A stretch of 64,000 nt of DNA from the NCBI GenBank assembly GCA_023430565.1, contig JAEZAD010000089.1:2872-66871 (forward strand), in the 5' to 3' direction. Shown piece after piece: positions 8,026-17,118 of the stretch. The first letter of the stretch is position 1; the number at the start of each line of letters is the position of its first letter. A program made the translations under genes and the position numbers. This stretch comes from Verrucomicrobiota bacterium. Lineage in GTDB: Bacteria > Verrucomicrobiota > Verrucomicrobiia > Opitutales > Opitutaceae. The notes below the pieces were generated by a model that was given only the letters and a program-made list of their open reading frames with translations, was not told the DNA's origin and did not search any database.

Positions 8026-8688
8026 ATGAGTTCGCATTTCCTTCATCTCGCGACGACGCCGGCGGTGCGTGCAGCGCAGGAGCGCTATTATGGGCGCGAG
8101 TTGTTGACGGCGTCAGCGGGACGCGACGCGTTGAGTGAAACGGAACGCGAGTTCATCGTCGCGCGCGACAGCTTTTACCTGGCGACGGTGACGGAGGACG
8201 GGTGGCCGTATGTGCAGCATCGCGGAGGGCCGGCGGGTTTTGTGCGGGTGGTGGGGGAAAACGTGATTGCGTTCGCGGACGTGCGCGGGAACCGGCAGCT
8301 GTTGAGCACGGGAAACGTGGCGGCGAACGACCGCGTGGCGCTGTTTTTCATGGATTACCCGCAACGCTCGCGGCTGAAAGTGCTGGGACACGCGAAGGTG
8401 ATGGCGGCCGACGAAAATCCGGGGCTGACGGCGGAGCTGCGGGTCGAAGGCATGCCGCCGGCGGAGCGGCTGGTGCGCATCGAGGTGGTGGCGTTCGACT
8501 GGAACTGCCCGAAGTTCATCACGCCGCGTTATACGCGGGCGGAGGTGGAGGAGTTTGTCGCGCCGCTGCGGCAGCGGATTGCTGAACTGGAGGCGAGGCT
8601 TGCGGCGGCTTCGTCGGGGGCTTCGTTTGAACCGCGAAGGGACGCGAAGGGATCGGGGCGCGCGGGTGGAGCGGAGTTCGGTTTATGA
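8026..8688 (+). CDS. pyridoxamine 5'-phosphate oxidase-like FMN-binding protein
   Basis: 220 aa. SFYLATVTEDGWPYVQHRGGPAGFV and RSRLKVLGHA are typical of the PNPOx-like split-barrel family. Confidence 0.75.
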   Translation: MSSHFLHLATTPAVRAAQERYYGRELLTASAGRDALSETEREFIVARDSFYLATVTEDGWPYVQHRGGPAGFVRVVGENVIAFADVRGNRQLLSTGNVAANDRVALFFMDYPQRSRLKVLGHAKVMAADENPGLTAELRVEGMPPAERLVRIEVVAFDWNCPKFITPRYTRAEVEEFVAPLRQRIAELEARLAAASSGASFEPRRDAKGSGRAGGAEFGL

Positions 8689-8698
8689 AGGATCGTGT

Positions 8699-8784
8699 GT
8701 CATTCTGAGCGGAATGAAAAATCCACGGGGGCGGCGTCGCCAGCTAGCGGGCGCACGTGGATTCTTCGCTTCGCTCAGAATGAC
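8699..8784. repeat. 86-bp inverted-repeat element (29-bp arms) downstream of the PNPOx-like gene
   Basis: GTCATTCTGAGCGGAATGAAAAATCCACG (8699-8727) pairs with CGTGGATTCTTCGCTTCGCTCAGAATGAC (8756-8784); the outer 13 nt and inner 7-8 nt pair perfectly. A half copy lies at 57817-57842. Confidence 0.8.
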
Positions 8785-8825
8785 AAGTAGGTGTTCGAGC
8801 GACCAGGGTTGTCGCGCCCGGAACG

Positions 8826-9686
8826 CTAGAGGAAGTATTGCTGTTTCCAGCCGAGGACTTCTTTGCAGCGGTCGTTGGCGAGGAGGGGGGCGCGGTCTTT
8901 CAGCGGGCGGCGGAGGTCGGTGACGGTCGGGAGATATTTTTTGGCGAGGTCGAGCGTCGGCTGATCGGAAGAGGTGTCGTCGGCGCTGGCGATGATGGGC
9001 TGGCAGCCGAGGTTGTCTTTTTCGATGCAGAGGCGGCAGATGACGGCGAGGTCGCGGGCGTCGATGTAGGACCAGAGATTGCGGAGGCGGTGTTCGGGAT
9101 TTGAATACGTCGCGCGGACGGGGGCGTGGTCTTCGGGGCTGAGGACGTTGCCGATGCGGAGCGAGACGATCTGCATGCCGGTGCGGCGGTGAAAGGCGTC
9201 GGCGGTGACCTCGTTGACGATTTTGGTGAGGCCGTAGGTGTCTTCGGGGAGCTGGGGGTGGGCTTCGTCGACGGGGAGGTATTTCGGCGGGAAGAATTCG
9301 GAGGCGAAGCAGAGGCCGTAGGAGGATTCGCTGGAGGCGATGGCGGCTTTCTTGATGCCGAGGAGGGCGGCGGCTTCGAGGACGTTGTAGGTGCTGAGGG
9401 CGTTGACGCGGAAGATTTCGTCGTTGGGCGATTCGTGCGCGCGCGGGATGGCGGCCATGTGGATGACGCCGACGTAGGGTGTGCGATCGCCGGTGCCGAA
9501 AGGCGAGAAGGCGGTGACGACCTGACCGAGCTGGGTGAGATCGGCGACGATGGTGCGGCATTGCCCGACGGCGGGGCGGCGGGCGTCGACGTTGACAACG
9601 TCGTAGCCGGATTCGAGGAGGTGCTTGATGAGCCAGTGGCCGACTTTGCCGCTGCCGCCGGTGACGAGGATGCGTTTATGGGGCAT
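8826..9686 (-). CDS. NAD-dependent epimerase/dehydratase family protein
   Basis: Rossmann motif [14 protein letters not shown] immediately after the ATG at 9686. The upstream part of the 327-aa ORF is Pro-rich and non-protein-like. Confidence 0.85.
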   Translation of the reverse strand: MPHKRILVTGGSGKVGHWLIKHLLESGYDVVNVDARRPAVGQCRTIVADLTQLGQVVTAFSPFGTGDRTPYVGVIHMAAIPRAHESPNDEIFRVNALSTYNVLEAAALLGIKKAAIASSESSYGLCFASEFFPPKYLPVDEAHPQLPEDTYGLTKIVNEVTADAFHRRTGMQIVSLRIGNVLSPEDHAPVRATYSNPEHRLRNLWSYIDARDLAVICRLCIEKDNLGCQPIIASADDTSSDQPTLDLAKKYLPTVTDLRRPLKDRAPLLANDRCKEVLGWKQQYFL

Positions 9687-9801
9687 GAGAGGAGGGTGGT
9701 GGGGGATTGTCGGGGGGAGCGAGGGAAAGTTGCGGTCGGCTCGCGGGCGCTCGCCGCTACGGGTTTGTTTTTGCGACGCGGGTGCGTTTGGTGAGGGGTT
9801 T

Positions 9802-12036
9802 ATGGCCAATGCGCTTGCGAACGAGAAGTCGCCTTATCTGCTGCAGCACGCGGACAATCCGGTGGAGTGGATGCCGTGGGGCGAGGCGGCGTTTGCGCGG
9901 GCGCGGGAGGAGCAGAAGCCGATTTTTTTGAGCATCGGTTATGCGACGTGCCATTGGTGTCATGTGATGGCGCACGAGTCGTTCGAAAACGAGGACGTGG
10001 CGGCGGTGCTGAATGCGTCATTCGTGTCGATCAAGGTCGATCGGGAGGAGCGGCCGGATGTGGACAAAGTCTACATGACGTATGTGCAGGCGATGACGGG
10101 GCATGGCGGGTGGCCGTTGAGCGCGTGGCTGACGCCGGAGCTGAAGCCGTTTTTCGGCGGGACGTATTTTCCGCTGGAGGATCGGGGAGGGCGGGCGGGG
10201 TTCGTGTCGATTTTGCGCGCGATTTCGAAAGGGTGGGCGGAGGAGCGGGAGAAGCTGGTGGCGGAAGGGGAGCGGGTCATCGGGACGTTGCGGGAGCATC
10301 TGGCGGCGGGCGCGGAGCAAGGAGCAGGGAGCAAGGAGCAGGAACGAGGGAACGCGCTGCTGGAAGCGGGGAGCGGGGCGTTTGAGAAATGCTTCCAGTA
10401 TTTCTACGAGGCGTTCGATCCGAACCATGGCGGGTTTGGCGGAGCGCCGAAGTTTCCGCGGGCGAGCAATCTGAGTTTCTTGTTTCGGGCGGCGGCGCTG
10501 CAAGGGCTCGACAGCGAGGCGGGGAGGGAGGCGGTGAAGCTGGCGACGGCGACGCTGCAGGCGATGGCGCGCGGCGGGATGCACGATCACGTGGGCGGGG
10601 GGTATCACCGGTATTCGGTCGATGAGCGGTGGTTCGTGCCGCATTTCGAAAAGATGCTCTACGACCAGGCGCAGATCGCGATCAACGCGCTGGAGGCGAA
10701 GCAGGCGACGGGCGACGAGCGGTATGCGTGGATGGCGCGGGACGTATTCGAGTATGTGTTACGCGATCTGGCGCATCCGGCGGGCGGGTTTTATTCGGCG
10801 GAGGATGCGGACAGCCTGCCGCCGGAGACGGCAGAAAGTGCCAAGTGGGAAATAGCGAGCAACAAGAAGGCGGCGGCGCATGCGGTGGAGGGGGCGTTCT
10901 ATGTTTGGACGCGGGCGGAGATCGCGGAGATCTTGCGCGAGGACGCGCCGTTGTTTTCGGCGCATTACGGGGTGGCGGAAAACGGCAATGTGCCGCCGGA
11001 ACTCGATCCGCAGGGCGAGTTGCGCGGGAAGAATGTGCTGATGCAGCGGCAGTCGATCGCGCAGACCGCGAAGGCGCAGGGGGTGGATATCGTGGAGGCG
11101 AACGATCGCGTGCTGGCGGCGCTGGAGAAGTTGCGGGCGGTGCGGAGCGGGCGGCCACGGCCGCTGCGGGACGACAAGATCATCACGGCGTGGAACGGGC
11201 TGATGATTTCGGCGCTGGCGAAGGGCGCGCAGGTGCTGCGGGAGGCGCCGGCGGGCGGGAACGAGAACGAAGAACGAGAACGATTGCTGACGGCGGCGGG
11301 GCGGGCGGCGGAGTTTTTGGAGCGGGAGTTGTATGATGCGGAGCGCGGGGTGTTGTATCGGAATTGGCGTGACGGGCGGGGGGCGTCGGAAGGTTTTGCG
11401 GAGGATTATGCGTTTCTGGTGCAGGGACTGCTCGATTTGTATGAGGCGTCGTTCGAGGAACGGTGGCTGCGTTGGGCGGTGCGGTTGCAGGGGACGCTGG
11501 ACGGGAAGTTTTGGGACGAGGCGGGCGGCGGGTATTTCAATTCGCAGGCGGGCGATGCGGCGATCGTGCTGCGGTTGAAGGAAGATTACGACGGGGCGGA
11601 GCCGGCGGCGAGTTCGGTGGCGGCGATGAATCTGCTGCGGCTGGCGACGATGTTGGGCGAGGGAGCGGGGGCGGGCTACAAGGAGCGGGGGGTGCGGTGT
11701 GTGCTGGCGTTTCGCGAGCAGTGGACGCGGGCGGCGCATGCGCTGCCGCAGATGTTGTGTGCGCTGGAGCTGGCGCTCGATACGCCGCGGCATGTGGTGC
11801 TCGCGGGCGATCCGGAATCGGAGGACTTTCGCGCGCTCGCGAGCGTGGCGCATGAGCGGCTCGGGCCGCGGCGGGCGGTGATGGCGGCGGCGACGGAGGC
11901 GGTCGCGAAAGAGGCGGCGTGGATTGCGGCGATGACGCCGATCGAGGGACGTGCGACGGCGTATGTGTGCGAGGAATACGCGTGTCAGGCGCCGGTGACG
12001 TCGGCGGAGGAGTTGCGGAAGATTTTGTGGGGGTGA
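9802..12036 (+). CDS. thioredoxin-domain protein, YyaL/DUF255 (SPATA20-like) family
   Basis: [24 protein letters not shown]-type N-terminus and [11 protein letters not shown] motif, followed by a six-hairpin glycosidase-like C-terminal region. ATG at 9802. Confidence 0.85.
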   Translation: MANALANEKSPYLLQHADNPVEWMPWGEAAFARAREEQKPIFLSIGYATCHWCHVMAHESFENEDVAAVLNASFVSIKVDREERPDVDKVYMTYVQAMTGHGGWPLSAWLTPELKPFFGGTYFPLEDRGGRAGFVSILRAISKGWAEEREKLVAEGERVIGTLREHLAAGAEQGAGSKEQERGNALLEAGSGAFEKCFQYFYEAFDPNHGGFGGAPKFPRASNLSFLFRAAALQGLDSEAGREAVKLATATLQAMARGGMHDHVGGGYHRYSVDERWFVPHFEKMLYDQAQIAINALEAKQATGDERYAWMARDVFEYVLRDLAHPAGGFYSAEDADSLPPETAESAKWEIASNKKAAAHAVEGAFYVWTRAEIAEILREDAPLFSAHYGVAENGNVPPELDPQGELRGKNVLMQRQSIAQTAKAQGVDIVEANDRVLAALEKLRAVRSGRPRPLRDDKIITAWNGLMISALAKGAQVLREAPAGGNENEERERLLTAAGRAAEFLERELYDAERGVLYRNWRDGRGASEGFAEDYAFLVQGLLDLYEASFEERWLRWAVRLQGTLDGKFWDEAGGGYFNSQAGDAAIVLRLKEDYDGAEPAASSVAAMNLLRLATMLGEGAGAGYKERGVRCVLAFREQWTRAAHALPQMLCALELALDTPRHVVLAGDPESEDFRALASVAHERLGPRRAVMAAATEAVAKEAAWIAAMTPIEGRATAYVCEEYACQAPVTSAEELRKILWG

Positions 12037-12046
12037 GCGGAGAGGC

Positions 12047-13009
12047 TCACGGGGTGGGCGGTTGGTGGCGGAGGCAGGCGATCCATTGGCCGTCCGGGGA
12101 GAGGATGCGGTTTGAATCGGATTCGAGCGGGCTCCGGGACGAATCGTCCACGGGCGACGGCGCGGCGGCGGGGGCGAGTTTGCCGTCGGCGAGGGTGGTG
12201 AGCGGAAGGCGATGGCGGCGGTCGCGACTTTGGAAAATCATTTCGTCGGCGCGGGGCCAGGCGAGGGCGTCGATGGTGTCGGTGGTGGCGTGGAGGGCAC
12301 GGCGGTCGCCGGACGGATGGGGCATGATTTCGATGATGCTGCGGATCGCCGTGGCGGAAGAGGTGGTGGGCGTGGCGATTTCGACATTCGTGAACGCGAC
12401 CGTTTCAAACTCGTCGGCGTCATGTGCGCAGACGCCGATGCCGACGTAGAAGTCGCCGGTGAACGGCAGCTGAATCGAGGCGCCGGTGGGGGTGAGCGGG
12501 CCTTCGGCGGGGCCGGCGAGGAGATAGGCCCAGTCGCCGATTTTTTCGAGGCGAAGACGGCGCGGCGCGTTGAGCGGGGCCTGAATTTCGGCGGTGTTGC
12601 CGCCGGCGGTTTCGCGGAACTGGAGGGAGGTGAGGCCGTCGGCGTGGAGCGCGGCGTCGACGTAGGCTGAGTCCGGGGCGAGCGACTGGCGGATCATCAG
12701 GATGGCTTTGCGGTGGCCGTTGGTGCCGGCGCCGGTGAAGTCGATGGCGGCGGAGAGGGCGGTGTTGCCGGAGGTTTTTTTCCAGACGAAGTGAAATTCG
12801 TCGTGGGCGAACCACATGTTGGCGCCGCTGCCGCCGACGGTGTAGGTGCGGGTGGCGGCCTCGTAGGCGACGGTGCCGGGACGTTGCACGGGGCCGATAT
12901 CGGTGTGGTCGGTGAAGAGGCCGAGATGGGCGGCGGGGAGGGACGGGAGGGCGAAGGCGAGCAGCGTGGCGAGGGCAGCGAAGCGAAAGGGCGGATGGGG
13001 ATGGGGCAT
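12047..13009 (-). CDS. secreted hypothetical protein (jelly-roll-like N-domain plus the start of a TolB-like beta-propeller)
   Basis: Signal peptide FAALATLLAFALPSLPAA. Ends with the propeller-type motif ILSPDGQWIA. ATG at 13009. Confidence 0.55.
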   Translation of the reverse strand: MPHPHPPFRFAALATLLAFALPSLPAAHLGLFTDHTDIGPVQRPGTVAYEAATRTYTVGGSGANMWFAHDEFHFVWKKTSGNTALSAAIDFTGAGTNGHRKAILMIRQSLAPDSAYVDAALHADGLTSLQFRETAGGNTAEIQAPLNAPRRLRLEKIGDWAYLLAGPAEGPLTPTGASIQLPFTGDFYVGIGVCAHDADEFETVAFTNVEIATPTTSSATAIRSIIEIMPHPSGDRRALHATTDTIDALAWPRADEMIFQSRDRRHRLPLTTLADGKLAPAAAPSPVDDSSRSPLESDSNRILSPDGQWIACLRHQPPTP

Positions 13010-13183
13010 GACGGAAGGGGTTGTGGCGTGACTGACGCGGCGGGTGGCGCCGGGGCGTTGCGATCCTTTGTTTCGTTGTTGAAGAGGTTGGCGGGTTTTT
13101 GGGGGCATCGGGTGACGCCCCGAAAGTCGGCCGGCGCGCGGTGCAGGCAGGAACATGCGGGCCTGCGGCGGGACCATCGCGGC

Positions 13184-13450
13184 ATGGCTGGCGAAGATCT
13201 ACCGATTCTCTACATCAAGACCGGGTGCCCATGGTGCCACGAGGTGGTCGAGTTCATGCGGGAGAAAGGCGTGAGCTATCGCGAGCAGAACGTGAGCGAG
13301 GATGCGAACGCGATGCAGGAGATGATGAAGAAGTCGGGTCAGTCGAAGGCGCCGACGCTGGATTGGAACGGGCAGATCCTGGCAGACTTCGGTGTCGACG
13401 AGCTGGTGCCATTTTTGCGGAAGCAGAACGTGAAACTGGAGGACAGTTGA
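13184..13450 (+). CDS. glutaredoxin-like protein (CPWC active site)
   Basis: 88 aa. ILYIKTGCPWCHEVVEFMREKGV and APTLDWNGQ fit the glutaredoxin/NrdH fold pattern. Confidence 0.8.
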   Translation: MAGEDLPILYIKTGCPWCHEVVEFMREKGVSYREQNVSEDANAMQEMMKKSGQSKAPTLDWNGQILADFGVDELVPFLRKQNVKLEDS

Positions 13451-13494
13451 CGGAGCTGCGTCGCGCGAAGCTGAAACCTCAACCCTGACGAACC

Positions 13495-13668
13495 ATGCTG
13501 AAGTGGGCCCTGATATTTTTCATTATTGCGGTGGTGGCGGGCGTGTTCGGATTCACGGGGATAGCGGGGGCATCGGCCGACATCGCGAAGATTTTGTTTT
13601 TCGTTTTTCTGGTGCTGCTGGTGATCGCCGCGCTGATGGGGGCGTTTCGCGGGAAACCGCCGGTGTGA
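13495..13668 (+). CDS. UPF0391/DUF1328 small membrane protein (57 aa, below the ORF-track cutoff)
   Basis: My own translation is [57 protein letters not shown], which matches the YtjA-type pattern. Confidence 0.7.
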   Translation: MLKWALIFFIIAVVAGVFGFTGIAGASADIAKILFFVFLVLLVIAALMGAFRGKPPV

Positions 13669-13783
13669 GTCGAGCGGCGCAGGGCGGGAAGGCGGGCTGG
13701 CGGATTGTGCGGTGATGGCACCGCGCCTCCCTGGGCGGGGAGGAGGACTTGAGTTTGGGTGCGAGAGACGCAGCGTGAGCGGG

Positions 13784-14680
13784 ATGATGCGTTGGATCGC
13801 GGTTTGGCTGGCGGCGACTGTGGGCGGCACGGCGGTGGGTGCGGCGGAAACGGGCGCGGCCTATGTGGCGGAGATCGAGAAAAGTCGGGCGGCGCGGCTG
13901 GAGCGACTGATGCGCGATGAAGGGTGGTTGACGCTGGTGGGGTTGCATTTTCTGGAGCCGGGTTCGAACACGATCGGATCGGCGGCGGAGAACACGATCG
14001 TCCTGAAGAACGCGCCGGCGCATCTCGGGACGGTGAGGTTGGACGAGCGCGGGGTCGTGACGATCACGCTGAATCCGGCGGAGAACGTGCGGGTGGAGGG
14101 CGAGCAGGTGTTGACGGCGACGTTGCGGGAGGCGGGGGCGTGGCCGGCGACGCGGGTGACGTGGGAGACGATGACGTTTTTCGTGATCGATCGCGGCGGG
14201 CGGAAGGCGTTGCGCGTGCGCGACACGGCGTCGGAGCGGCGGAAGGATTTTGTGGGGATCGACTATTTTCCGATCGATCCGACCTGGCGGATTGAGGCGG
14301 ACTGGGTGTGGTTCGAACGATCGCGCGAGGTGATGATCAAAAACATCCTCGGGCAGGAATCGCCGGCGTTGGTGCCGGGGAAGGCGGTGTTCGAGCGGGA
14401 CGGGAAGACCTTTGAGTTGTTGCCGCTGGTGGATGGGAGCGACGATCCGATGATGTTCGTGATCTCGGACCTGACGAGCGGCGTGGAGACGTATGGGGCG
14501 GCGCGGTTCGTCTATGCCGATCCGCCGAGCGGCGGGAAAGTCGTGCTCGATTTCAACGAGGCGGTGAATCCGCCGTGTGCGTTTACGCCGTTTGCGACGT
14601 GTCCCTTACCGCCGAAGGAGAACCGGATGGAGATCGCGGTGAGGGCGGGGGAGAAGGATTACCGCGGGAAGCATGAGTGA
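13784..14680 (+). CDS. DUF1684 domain-containing protein
   Basis: YFPIDPTWRI, ETYGAARF and NPPCAFTPFATCPLPPKEN are signature DUF1684 motifs. Signal peptide follows the ATG at 13784. Confidence 0.85.
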   Translation: MMRWIAVWLAATVGGTAVGAAETGAAYVAEIEKSRAARLERLMRDEGWLTLVGLHFLEPGSNTIGSAAENTIVLKNAPAHLGTVRLDERGVVTITLNPAENVRVEGEQVLTATLREAGAWPATRVTWETMTFFVIDRGGRKALRVRDTASERRKDFVGIDYFPIDPTWRIEADWVWFERSREVMIKNILGQESPALVPGKAVFERDGKTFELLPLVDGSDDPMMFVISDLTSGVETYGAARFVYADPPSGGKVVLDFNEAVNPPCAFTPFATCPLPPKENRMEIAVRAGEKDYRGKHE

Positions 14681-14702
14681 TCCCGCATGGCGGACCTGAG
14701 GC

Positions 14703-15329
14703 TCAGTAGAGCGGCGCGAGCGGGCCGTGGCGCCGGCCGTAGTAGTAATCGCCGTAGTAGCGCCAGGGATTGCCGCCTTTGCTGTGCACTTCGGAGTAGG
14801 CGAGCGTGAGGGCCATTTTGCTGGCGGGATCGTCGACGGTGACGGCGATGCCGCCGCCGTAGGCGCTGTAGCCATCGCTGCCGGCGGCGACCATGAGGGA
14901 GAGTTCTCCGTGGACTTGCAGGCTGCGGTCGATCTTTACCGACGGGACGGAATAGCGGGTGTTGGCACCGAAATTGGCGCGATCGACGGGAGAGGGCGGG
15001 GTGGCGAGGGGAGCGACGCGGGCGTCGAGGGCGGCGAGCTCGGTTTCGGCGAGTTGAGCGAGGCCGGATTGCTCGCGTTCGGCGGCGGTGAGGCGGGCGG
15101 AGAAGCGATCGGGGCGCGGGTCCTTCGAAACGAAACGGGATTGCGCAATGTCGCGGCGGACGAGGGCGTCGAGAATCGCGAGCTGGTCGGATGAAAGCTG
15201 GCCGAGGCCGGTGGCGGAAAAGTCGGTGGGCGCGAGGGTCTTGGAGAAGCGAAGGTCTTCGTCGGCGACGGCGGAGGCGATGAGACCGAGCGAGGCGAAA
15301 GCGAGGAGGAAGCGGAGGAGTTTCTTCAT
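14703..15329 (-). CDS. secreted hypothetical protein with a Tyr/Gly-rich C-terminus
   Basis: Signal peptide MKKLLRFLLAFASLGLIASAVA. Coding-like codon bias. No family recognised. Confidence 0.55.
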   Translation of the reverse strand: MKKLLRFLLAFASLGLIASAVADEDLRFSKTLAPTDFSATGLGQLSSDQLAILDALVRRDIAQSRFVSKDPRPDRFSARLTAAEREQSGLAQLAETELAALDARVAPLATPPSPVDRANFGANTRYSVPSVKIDRSLQVHGELSLMVAAGSDGYSAYGGGIAVTVDDPASKMALTLAYSEVHSKGGNPWRYYGDYYYGRRHGPLAPLY

Positions 15330-15433
15330 GGCGCGATGGGTTGGAGACGACGGACGCGGCGGGGCGGTTCCAACTATTTCGAGGGGCGAAAAGCCCGGCG
15401 CGGACGCCGGGCTGCATCCATCGGCGGTGCGGG

Positions 15434-16222
15434 CTATTGTTTCGGAGCGGGGCCGTAGTGGGCGGCGTGAGCGGCGTAGGCGGCGGTGTCGGCGAGCATG
15501 GCGTCAATCGTGGCGGTGAGCGGTTCGAGGCGGACGAGGCCGGAGAAGACGGCTTTGTCGCCGATCGCGTCTTCGAGCACGAAGGCGGGGCGTTGCGTGA
15601 CTTGGTGGGCGAAGAATTCCTTCGTGCTGGCGTCGACGCGCGCGCGAACGTCGGCCGATTCGGCGCGGGCGCGGAGTTGGGCGGCGTCGACCTTGCAGGC
15701 GTGGGCGGCGGCGGCGACCGCGACGGCGATGTCGCCGACCTTATGGCCTTCGCGGACGGCGGCGTGGGCGATGGCGAGGCGGAGTTCGTCGCCGGTGAAA
15801 CCGAAGTCCTTGCCGGCTTCGGCGACGAGATTGGGGGCGGTGTAGTTGCCTTGGCGTTCCGCTTCGAACCAGCCGGAGCTGAGGACGAAGGGGGAGCGCA
15901 TGACGGTGGCGCCGCTGCGGCGGTAGAACCAATCGCACTGTTCGCGGGAAACGGGGAAATCCTGCGGGTTCATGAGCGCGATTTTCCAGTCGAACTCGGC
16001 GCGACCGGCGTAGCGTTGTTTCAGCTCGGTCCAGACCGGCTCGACCCACGTGCACCAGGAGGAAAGGACTTCGAGGTAATAGGTGATTTTCACGGAGGGC
16101 AGCGAAGCGCGAGGCGTGAGAGGGTCAATGGGCGAGGCGGTCAGGCGGGCGCACAGGGATCGAGCGGTGGGAGCGGCACACTTGCGGGGCAAAAAGACCA
16201 AGCCCGACGGGACGTCGGGCAC
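15434..16222 (-). CDS. DsbA-like thioredoxin-fold protein (HCCA-isomerase/GST-kappa-like, SxxC site)
   Basis: KITYYLEVLSSWCTWVEP aligns with the DsbA-family CPWC region. Start is uncertain: a GTG at 16093 would give a protein starting VKITYY. Confidence 0.7.
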   Translation of the reverse strand: MPDVPSGLVFLPRKCAAPTARSLCARLTASPIDPLTPRASLPSVKITYYLEVLSSWCTWVEPVWTELKQRYAGRAEFDWKIALMNPQDFPVSREQCDWFYRRSGATVMRSPFVLSSGWFEAERQGNYTAPNLVAEAGKDFGFTGDELRLAIAHAAVREGHKVGDIAVAVAAAAHACKVDAAQLRARAESADVRARVDASTKEFFAHQVTQRPAFVLEDAIGDKAVFSGLVRLEPLTATIDAMLADTAAYAAHAAHYGPAPKQ

Positions 16223-16966
16223 CTATTTTTTCTCTTTTTCGCCGCCGAAAAGTTTTTTGAGGCCCTCGCCGGTTTTCTTGAGTTGTTCCGTGGCGCCGGC
16301 ACCGAGGGTGCCACCGGATTTGAGCGCGGCGCCGGTGGTGGCGGAGACGACGTTGCCGAGGACCTGGCGGAGGACGGCGACGGAGAGCTGGCCGGCGGTG
16401 AGGCCGCCTTCCTTCACGCCGAGATCGGTGAGCTCGAGCGAAGGCAATGGGAGCGGGAGCGCGGCGGGGCCGACGCCGACGGTGACTTTGCCGTCGGTGA
16501 GCTTGAAATGTTTCACGATGAATTTTTTCGGCGGTCCGTCCTGGTCCTCCGGTTTCGGCGCGGAGGGGCCGAGGCTGGCCTCGATGTTTTTCAGCAGATC
16601 GGCGATGTTGCTGGAAACGACCCGCGTCTCGTAGGTGAGCTCGGGCTGATCGATCACGAGCGAGTTGATCACGATCGTGTCGCTCAGGACGGAGGTGGGC
16701 TCGACGTCGAACTCGACGTTGCCGAGGTAGAGCGCGTTGGTGTCGGTCCAGCCGCTGGGATTGCCGACGGCGAGGCCGGTGAGCGTGCCGGAACCGGTGG
16801 GGGAGAGTGCGGCATCGGCGAGTTCGACTTTGGTCTGGGTGACGCGCGGGCCGACGCGGTTGACGCCGGTTTTCACGGCGGAGCCGAGGAAAAAGTGGGC
16901 GGCGACGTAAGCGATGACGACGAGGGCGAGGACGCCGACGATCGTGGTGAGGAGGACTTTTTTCAT
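16223..16966 (-). CDS. membrane-anchored hypothetical protein (AsmA/DUF748-like repeats?)
   Basis: N-terminal TM segment [22 protein letters not shown] and a Lys-rich tail. Family guess is weak. Confidence 0.5.
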   Translation of the reverse strand: MKKVLLTTIVGVLALVVIAYVAAHFFLGSAVKTGVNRVGPRVTQTKVELADAALSPTGSGTLTGLAVGNPSGWTDTNALYLGNVEFDVEPTSVLSDTIVINSLVIDQPELTYETRVVSSNIADLLKNIEASLGPSAPKPEDQDGPPKKFIVKHFKLTDGKVTVGVGPAALPLPLPSLELTDLGVKEGGLTAGQLSVAVLRQVLGNVVSATTGAALKSGGTLGAGATEQLKKTGEGLKKLFGGEKEKK

Positions 16967-17118
16967 GGGGAGAAAGGTGCAGGTGCCTGACTGCACGGGT
17001 TGATGAGGAAGTTGCGCAGCTTGGTTTCGCCTGCAAGCGGGGTTCTGCGGTGGGCGCGCGGGCGGAATTGCGCTTGTCAGCGCGGGCGGCGGCTCGTGTT
17101 TTCAGCGCAACTTTTCCC

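Noticed and set aside
15341-16990. 549-aa ORF on the plus strand
   Set aside because: Antisense to the DsbA-like and AsmA-like genes. Gly/Ala/Glu/Asp-rich shadow frame.
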